A model generated the notes under the pieces. The model ran no database searches. It was not told the origin of the DNA and saw only the letters and a program-made list of their open reading frames with translations. Shown here piece after piece: positions 17,401-23,320 of a stretch of DNA of 32,000 nucleotides (position 1 is the first letter of the stretch; every line of letters starts with the position of its first letter). The translations under genes were made by a program, and so were the position numbers. The stretch comes from Vibrio vulnificus CMCP6 (GTDB taxonomy: Bacteria > Pseudomonadota > Gammaproteobacteria > Enterobacterales > Vibrionaceae). The stretch spans positions 2,751,127 to 2,783,126 of the forward strand of contig NC_004459.3 of the NCBI RefSeq assembly GCF_000039765.1. The letters run 5' to 3'.

Positions 17401-20307
17401 GTCGGTGATGGTCGCTTCAACGGTCAACGTCGCGCCTTCTGCTGGCGCCGCTACCGTGGTCAACACTTCGCCCGCGTCGATTTGCGCTTGAGTCAGTTCG
17501 ATGTCCGTGCCGTTCACCGTCAGGGTATCGCCTGCTACCGCATTGGTGCCCGTTAGGGAGATGGTCACATTCACGTCACCAGATAGCTCTGCCGCGCTGA
17601 TGTAGCCGTCGTTGTCCCCATCTTCTGTGATGGTCACGCCTGGCGCTCCCGCCGCGGTCGTATCGACTACATAATCACGCTCACCCGAGCCGCTAAACGG
17701 ATTACCCGCCCAGTCGTCTCCCGTTACAGTAGCGGTAACTTTGTCGTCCTGAGCTAAGTCAGATCCTGAAACAGACACTTCCCATGTTTTATTACTCAAT
17801 ACCGAAGTAGTGTAGGTTACACCATTCACCACAACGGTCACTTGATCACCAGGCCTTGCATCGCCTCCAACGGAGCCCGTTACTTTTACTAGGCCTTCGC
17901 TTTCTGCTTTATTGACCACATTGTCATCTGTGATTGGGTCGATCTTGATCGTTCCACGTGCAAACGTATCCACTAGGTAGAATTCCGTAGAAGTCGCTGA
18001 GCCAATATTACCCGCCGTGTTTACAACATCTACTTTGGCATCGACGACATTATCTGAATCTGCGCTTAAATCTGAGCCCTTAACTTCTATACTGTATTTA
18101 CCGTCGACAACTTCACCAGTGTATTCAACGCCATTGATAGTGAGAGTAACAACGCCCGACGAGAAAGATTCACCAGTTACCGTACCGGTCACTGTGACTA
18201 AGGAGTTTACTTCTTGGGCATTAATCACAGAGTCAGAGGTGATTGGATCAATGTCGATGTTCACGTTAATTGGCGTGTCATCAAATCTATGAACTGACTC
18301 ACCTTTAGACGTGACTTCGTTACCTGCTGCATCAGTTGAATTAACGGTAACTTCAAAAGCTGTGTCGACAGCAAGGTCTGAACCACTTACTGATAGCTCC
18401 CACGCGCCGTCTTCAGAAACGCTACCTGTGTACTCTTTACCGTTAATGATTGCGGTAACAATATCTCCAGTTTTGATGTCACCACCAGTCGCAGAACCAG
18501 TCACTGTAATAGTTTGGTTTTTCTCTGTTTCTGTAATTACATCATCTGAGGTAATTGGATCGACAGAAACCGTACCTGCCTGAGCTGTCGTATCTAGTGT
18601 AAACGTCAGTGTGCTGCTGCCAGAAGTGTTGCCTGCTGTATCTGTTTGACGAACGATGATCGTATTGTCGCCTTCCACTGGTGTTGGCGCGGTAGTTGTC
18701 CATTCACCATTGACAAAGTACTCCACCGTCGCGCCTTCTTCGGTGCCTGTAACGGCGAAATCGCCTTTATTGGTCAGGAAGTCGTCGGCCAAACTGCCAC
18801 TGTCAATATCGAGCGAAATCTGCGGTGCATCTGGCGCTGTGGTATCGAGAGTAAACGTCAGTGTGCTGCTGCCAGAAGTGTTGCCTGCTGCATCGGTCTG
18901 ACGAACGATGATCGTATTCTCGCCTTCCACTGGTGTTGGCGCGGTGGTTGTCCATTCACCATTGACAAAGTACTCCACCGTCGCACCTTCTTCGGTGCCT
19001 GCAACAGTGAAATCACCTTTATTGGTCAGGAAGTCATCCGCCAAGCTGCCACTGTCAATATCGAGCGAAATCTGCGGTGCATCTGGCGCTGTGGTATCGA
19101 GAGTAAACGTCAGCGTGCTGCTACCTGAAATGTTGCCTGCCGCATCTGTCTGGCGAACGATGATCGTATTATCGCCTTCCACTGGTGTTGGCGCGGTAGT
19201 TGTCCATTCACCATTAACAAAGTACTCCACCGTCGCACCTTCTTCAGTGCCTGTAACGGTGAAATCGCCTTTATTGGTCAGGAAGTCGTCGGCTAAGCTG
19301 CCGCTGTCAATATCGAGCGAAATCTGCGGTGCATCTGGCGCTGTAGTATCGAGAGTAAACGTCAGTGTGCTGCTGCCAGAAGTGTTGCCTGCTGCATCGG
19401 TCTGACGAACGATGATCGTATTGTCGCCTTCCACTGGTGTTGGCGCGGTGGTTGTCCATTCACCATTAACAAAATACTCCACCGTCGCACCTTCTTCGGT
19501 GCCAGCAACAGTGAAATCGCCTTTATTGGTCAGGAAGTCATCCGCCAAGCTGCCGCTGTCAGTGTCGAGCGAAATCTGCGGGGCATCTGGTGCTGTAGTA
19601 TCGAGAGTAAACGTCAGCGTGCTACTCTCAGATGAATTTCCTGCGTCATCGGTTTGGCGAATAATAATGGTATTTTCACCTTCAACAGCGACAGGTTCAG
19701 TTGTTGTCCATTCACCATCCACAAAATATTCAACAGTTGCGCCATCTTCGATATCTGTGACCGTGTATGAACCATCATTTGTTAAAAAGTCATCAGCTTT
19801 GGAGCCACTGTCCGTGTCTAGTGTGATAGTCGGCGCCGATGGTGCAATGGAGTCAATGTCTTGTAATGCTGTGTTAGCATCATTTAGTAGATCAAATAGA
19901 GAGAGGCTTTGTGCTTCGTTTAAGCCCAGCGCTTGTAATCCTTGAGTGCTAAAGTCCGTACTTGCCAAAGATTCTGCACCAATACGCGAAATCGTTCCGC
20001 CAGCCACTAAGCTTGAACCACCTGTTTCGCCTGCGGCCGTCGCAAAATCGTCACCCAGTTGCGTCGGGTCCTGTCCTTCTTCTAAGGCAGCAAAAATCTG
20101 TTGAATGTCATCAGTGATGTTGGTTTCACCAGCATCGGTTGCAATGCGAAATTGGGGTACATCTGTTTCTTCCAGCGTTTCAATAACCAATTCGCCCGGA
20201 GCAATGGCTTGTCCTGGCGCAAGAATTTTAATGTTGCCGTTTAAATCCAGAACAACAATACGACCAGCAGTGAGAGACGCTCCTGCAAGGAAGGCTGTGA
20301 AATCCAT
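11494..20307 (-). CDS. Giant type I-secreted RTX adhesin of the LapA / FrhA class (2937 aa from ATG 20307)
   Basis: Track ORF starts at TTG 20343; ATG 20307 has AGAGG 6 nt upstream. Domains in order: N-terminal region with a TAAG motif, at least 12 tandem Ig-like modules, a cadherin-like segment, and a VWA domain (DSSGSM). These are followed by GGxGxD nonapeptides ([44 protein letters not shown]) and a C-terminal secretion domain ([20 protein letters not shown]). Confidence 0.92.
   Translation of the reverse strand: [2937 protein letters not shown]
11800..11965 (-). other. RTX Ca-binding nonapeptide repeat block plus start of the C-terminal T1SS targeting domain (approximate bounds)
   Basis: Translation [55 protein letters not shown]. 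Confidence 0.8.
12440..12985 (-). other. von Willebrand factor A domain within the adhesin (approximate bounds)
   Basis: MIDAS DSSGSM encoded at 12943-12960. Downstream [13 protein letters not shown] and TAVGVGSEA strands are typical of VWA. Confidence 0.7.
13890..14210 (-). other. Cadherin-like / Ca-binding beta-sandwich segment of the adhesin (approximate bounds)
   Basis: [23 protein letters not shown]...[22 protein letters not shown]...[27 protein letters not shown] resembles bacterial cadherin-like repeats. Confidence 0.45.
16424..17659 (-). repeat. 4 x 309-bp base-perfect tandem repeat encoding identical 103-aa Ig-like modules
   Basis: Units start at 16424, 16733, 17042 and 17351, and I find no mismatch by eye. 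The four identical 62-aa shadow ORFs in the track at 309-nt spacing confirm the period. Hand count: 186/309 G+C. Confidence 0.9.
17660..18585 (-). repeat. 3 diverged ~100-104-aa Ig-like modules (IDPITsD..V.N..E...V.VTG...G....GD.V...ING..YT)
   Basis: A protein-level periodicity is visible in the translation; the DNA copies are strongly diverged. Confidence 0.65.
18586..19845 (-). repeat. 5 x 252-bp tandem repeat encoding 84-aa Ig-like modules ([27 protein letters not shown]...TLTFTLDTT)
   Basis: Shadow ORFs at 18656/18908/19412 give a 252-nt period. Protein copies 2-5 are nearly identical, and copy 1 (19594-19845) is more diverged. Confidence 0.85.
20029..20040 (-). other. T-A-A-G motif, candidate LapG-type periplasmic protease cleavage site
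   Basis: Reverse-strand ACGGCCGCAGGC = TAAG within [12 protein letters not shown], residues 90-93 from ATG 20307. The position is comparable to the LapA di-alanine site. Confidence 0.55.
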
Positions 20308-20723
20308 AAATAACCTCTGAGATGACTGTAGTACTTTCGTCAATTTTTTGACTGGCAGACTAGTTCTATTTTCTTACCCTATAATATATCAAACCGACAT
20401 AGATGTGACATCTCAAAATCCCGTCCAATTTACATTTACGTCACTTATTGGCGACTTTGATCACGCAGTCTCATTTTTGAAGCAGAATCACAGTTTGATT
20501 CGCTTCGTTAAAAAAGCCAAAACGCTATATAATTCAATTTCAATAAGTTAGAATTTGATCAATAAATCCACTACAATGTCAGAAAATGAGACTTTTCATC
20601 TCTTTTGGCATATTCACACAAGTAATACTAGTGTTAAAAAATTGACGATTTGCTTTAACAATCTCAAAATTAAGACAGTTAATGCTTTAGAATTAGTACA
20701 AATAGATTAGTAGGAGAAACACA

Positions 20724-22028
20724 GTGAAGTGGACCCAAATAAATGCATTTGCCTTAGGTGCAATGCTGACACTTCCTGCTACAGGGCAAACTCTGGAGCA
20801 AGCTATCTCGATTACATTAGCGACCAATCCTGAGTTAAAAAGTGCATTTAACGAGTTTGTGAGTAAACGCTATGCCAATGAAGCCTCATCCGGCGCGTAC
20901 TTACCTCGAATCGACTTAGACGCTGGTATTGGTTACGAATCCATCAATCCAGCAGAGGGAGAATCTACCGATCTCACTCGAAAAGAAGCCTCTTTAACCT
21001 TCACCCAGTTGATTTGGGATGGTTCGTCGACGCTAAACGATATGGATCGCACTGCGGCCGAAGCCGAGTCTCTTCGTTACCAGTTACTCGCAGATGCTCA
21101 AAACAAAGCGCTTGAAGTAACAAAGGTTTACTTAGATTCTGTTAAAGCGTATGAAATTCTTTCCCTTTCAGAAAGTAACCTCGCTACCCACAAACGTATC
21201 TATAGTGATATTAAAAAGCGCGTGAATTCTGGTATTGGCTCTACTGCCGATCTGTCACAAGTTGAAGCTCGACTAGCAAAGGCACACGGAAACTTGGCAG
21301 CAGCTCAAAATAACTTATTTGACTCACACACCATGTTCACGCGTCTTGTTGGTCAAACGCCGCAATCGCTTATTTTTCCGCGCGCCGACCAAACTCAAAT
21401 TCCATTCACTTTGGATGAAGCGGTCAGTCAAGCGTTTAATCAACACCCTGTGATTAAAGTTTCGCAAGTAGATGTCGATTCTGCTCGTTATCAGTACAAG
21501 CAGACCAAAGGTCGCAACTACCCAACGTTTTCTTTTGAAGCCTCACAAACTTGGCGTGATGACGCCGGCGGCGTAGAAGGAAACAGCGATGAGTTAACCG
21601 CAATGTTGCGCATGCGTTACAACCTATATAACGGCGGAACTGACTCTGCAAACTCTGAAAGTGCAGCTTACCAACTCAACAAAGCGAAAGATTTACGTGA
21701 ACGCACATTTCGTAGTGTTGAAGAAGGTTTGCGTCTCGCGTGGAGTGCCTTGGATTTAACTCTGCAACAAAAAGAGTTCTTATCTGATCACGTGGACTCC
21801 GCGTCAGATACTGTTATTGCTTATGAGAAACAGTACCGCATTGGTAAACGAACATTGCTGGACTTGCTCAATACTGAAAACGAGCTATTTGAAGCACGTA
21901 AAGGTTACTTGGATGCGAAGTATGCCGAGCAATACGCTAAGTTCCGTGTGATGAATGCAACTGGCCAACTGTTAAATGCACTGCGTGTGGATATTCCTAA
22001 AGAATGGGTTGAAGGAGTGGAGTACTAA
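20724..22028 (+). CDS. TolC-family type I secretion outer-membrane protein (LapE-like / 'agglutination protein' type)
   Basis: 434 aa with GTG start and TAGGAGA SD. Signal peptide MKWTQINAFALGAMLTLPATG, LEQAI..TLATNPELK, and two OEP-type repeats. It is divergent from the adhesin gene. Confidence 0.85.
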   Translation: MKWTQINAFALGAMLTLPATGQTLEQAISITLATNPELKSAFNEFVSKRYANEASSGAYLPRIDLDAGIGYESINPAEGESTDLTRKEASLTFTQLIWDGSSTLNDMDRTAAEAESLRYQLLADAQNKALEVTKVYLDSVKAYEILSLSESNLATHKRIYSDIKKRVNSGIGSTADLSQVEARLAKAHGNLAAAQNNLFDSHTMFTRLVGQTPQSLIFPRADQTQIPFTLDEAVSQAFNQHPVIKVSQVDVDSARYQYKQTKGRNYPTFSFEASQTWRDDAGGVEGNSDELTAMLRMRYNLYNGGTDSANSESAAYQLNKAKDLRERTFRSVEEGLRLAWSALDLTLQQKEFLSDHVDSASDTVIAYEKQYRIGKRTLLDLLNTENELFEARKGYLDAKYAEQYAKFRVMNATGQLLNALRVDIPKEWVEGVEY

Positions 22029-22029
22029 T

Positions 22030-22656
22030 ATGAAAGCATTTATTTTGCCTCTCATTTGTTTAACATTTGCGGCAACGCCCGTGATTGCAAGCGATAAAGC
22101 TGATGAGTACGACTACTTGGCGACACCACGCGCCGATCAACTTGCCGATCTGCAAGACCAAGATCGAGACGGCGTGATCAACGCGAGAGACTTGTGCCCT
22201 GATACACCAAGTACTGCTGAAATCGATAATGACGGTTGTGGCACTTACGTTAAAACCTCGCAGCAGATGCAAATCCGAGTTTTGTTTGCGAATGACTCAG
22301 ATAAAATTAATCCTGTTTTCCGTAAACAGATTAAAGAGATGTCAGAGTTTTTGAAGCTTTACCCATCAACTTCAATCGAACTACAAGGCTACGCAAGCCG
22401 CACAGGTAATGCAGAACATAACTTAGATCTGTCAAAGCGCCGAGCTAATAACGTACGTGAAATGTTGATTGGTTATGGTATTGCTCAAAGCCGAGTACGT
22501 ATCGTCGGCTTCGGTGATAGTGCCTTAGCCAATGAAGGGACGGATGAAGTCAGTCACGCACTTAACCGACGTGTCGTCGCCTCTGTTGTAGGATACAAAG
22601 GGGACGTGAAAGAAGAGTGGACTATTTTTACTAGCATACCGAAAGCGAAGAAGTAG
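22030..22656 (+). CDS. OmpA-family peptidoglycan-binding protein with thrombospondin type-3 Ca-binding repeats
   Basis: Track ORF starts at 21976 inside the previous gene. ATG 22030 lies 1 nt after the TolC-like TAA (translational coupling). Signal MKAFILPLICLTFAATPVIA/SD, TSP3 DQDRDGVINARDLCPDT...DNDGCG, and OmpA_C NLDLSKRRANNV. Confidence 0.85.
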   Translation: MKAFILPLICLTFAATPVIASDKADEYDYLATPRADQLADLQDQDRDGVINARDLCPDTPSTAEIDNDGCGTYVKTSQQMQIRVLFANDSDKINPVFRKQIKEMSEFLKLYPSTSIELQGYASRTGNAEHNLDLSKRRANNVREMLIGYGIAQSRVRIVGFGDSALANEGTDEVSHALNRRVVASVVGYKGDVKEEWTIFTSIPKAKK

Positions 22657-22666
22657 TTTTTCACGT

Positions 22667-22692
22667 AAGGGGCATTTCGCCCCTTTTCTTTT
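22667..22692 (+). terminator. Rho-independent terminator after the OmpA-family gene
   Basis: AAGGGGC (22667-22673) / GCCCCTT (22679-22685) followed by a T-rich tail. Confidence 0.75.
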
Positions 22693-22772
22693 ACTCAGAA
22701 ATTAATCTCGCATTGGTAACTCTTGGATTAAGTGATACTCTTAGCGACGGTTATTCATAACGAGATTTTACA

Positions 22773-23123
22773 ATGAGCAAATTGACCGCAGATACCCAAG
22801 CAAACCTAGAATTATTTATTGAAGAGACTCAAAGCACCAAGTTGGTTTGGGGTTTGCGTAACGAAGAAGGATGGCTAGCTTGTGACTCAACAGAGTTTGA
22901 GCAAAGTGAAGTTATGCCATTCTGGTCAACCAAAGAAGACGCTATGGCACATAACGTTGAAGAGTGGGCTGACTTTGAAGTGTTAGAAATTCCTCTAGAC
23001 ATCTTCGTTGAAGATTGGTTGATCACCTTAGATGAAGACGGTGTTCTTGTTGGTGTTAACTGGAATGCTCAACTTGAAGGTAAAGAAATCGAACCGTCAG
23101 AATTGGCAAAAATGTACCTGTAA
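22773..23123 (+). CDS. Small acidic cytoplasmic protein, DUF2750-like, function unknown
   Basis: 116 aa with no signal or TM. The pattern LVWGLRNEEGWLAC....MPFWSTKEDA....W...EVLEIPLD.F.E.WL..L.EDG.LVGVNW is what I recall for DUF2750 (memory-based call). Confidence 0.5.
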   Translation: MSKLTADTQANLELFIEETQSTKLVWGLRNEEGWLACDSTEFEQSEVMPFWSTKEDAMAHNVEEWADFEVLEIPLDIFVEDWLITLDEDGVLVGVNWNAQLEGKEIEPSELAKMYL

Positions 23124-23152
23124 TCTTCAGATTCGTTTCATTTATCTATTTC

Positions 23153-23177
23153 AGACCAGCATTACAATGCTGGTCTT
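23153..23177 (+). terminator. Strong hairpin after the DUF2750-like gene (terminator-like, weak T-run)
   Basis: AGACCAGCATT / AATGCTGGTCT 11-bp stem, 3-nt loop, followed by TTGT only. Confidence 0.45.
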
Positions 23178-23320
23178 TGTACATTGGAACATTAAATCTC
23201 TTCGCTCTATCGAAAAACACTGAAATCATATGCATATTTTATTGTTAGTTATCGAGTGGATCACACCGTTCTCCGTACGTAAAAGATAAGATAGACGACT
23301 GGCTTCCCCTTTCTAGCACC

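Noticed and set aside
16424-19845. Tandem direct repeats that could be mistaken for a CRISPR array or satellite.
   Set aside because: The units are 252 and 309 bp, contiguous without spacers. They are multiples of three and lie in frame within one 8.8-kb ORF, so they are coding Ig-like modules.
16376-19945. Many + strand ORFs inside the adhesin repeats: four identical 62-aa ORFs at 309-nt spacing, and 81-177-aa ORFs at 18646-19945.
   Set aside because: They are antisense shadow frames of a long, repeat-rich, GC-biased coding region. They have no SD sequences and low-complexity Ser/Val/Pro-rich products, and their periodicity simply mirrors the minus-strand repeats.
20348-20551. 67-aa + strand ORF in the adhesin/TolC intergenic region.
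   Set aside because: It has a TTG start and no SD, and it sits in AT-rich promoter DNA. The product has no recognisable motif, so it is most likely a chance ORF.
20308-20723. Possible c-di-GMP (GEMM) riboswitch in the adhesin leader.
   Set aside because: I could not find the conserved GEMM cores or the paired hairpin/tetraloop-receptor layout on either strand. Only a covariance-model scan could settle it.
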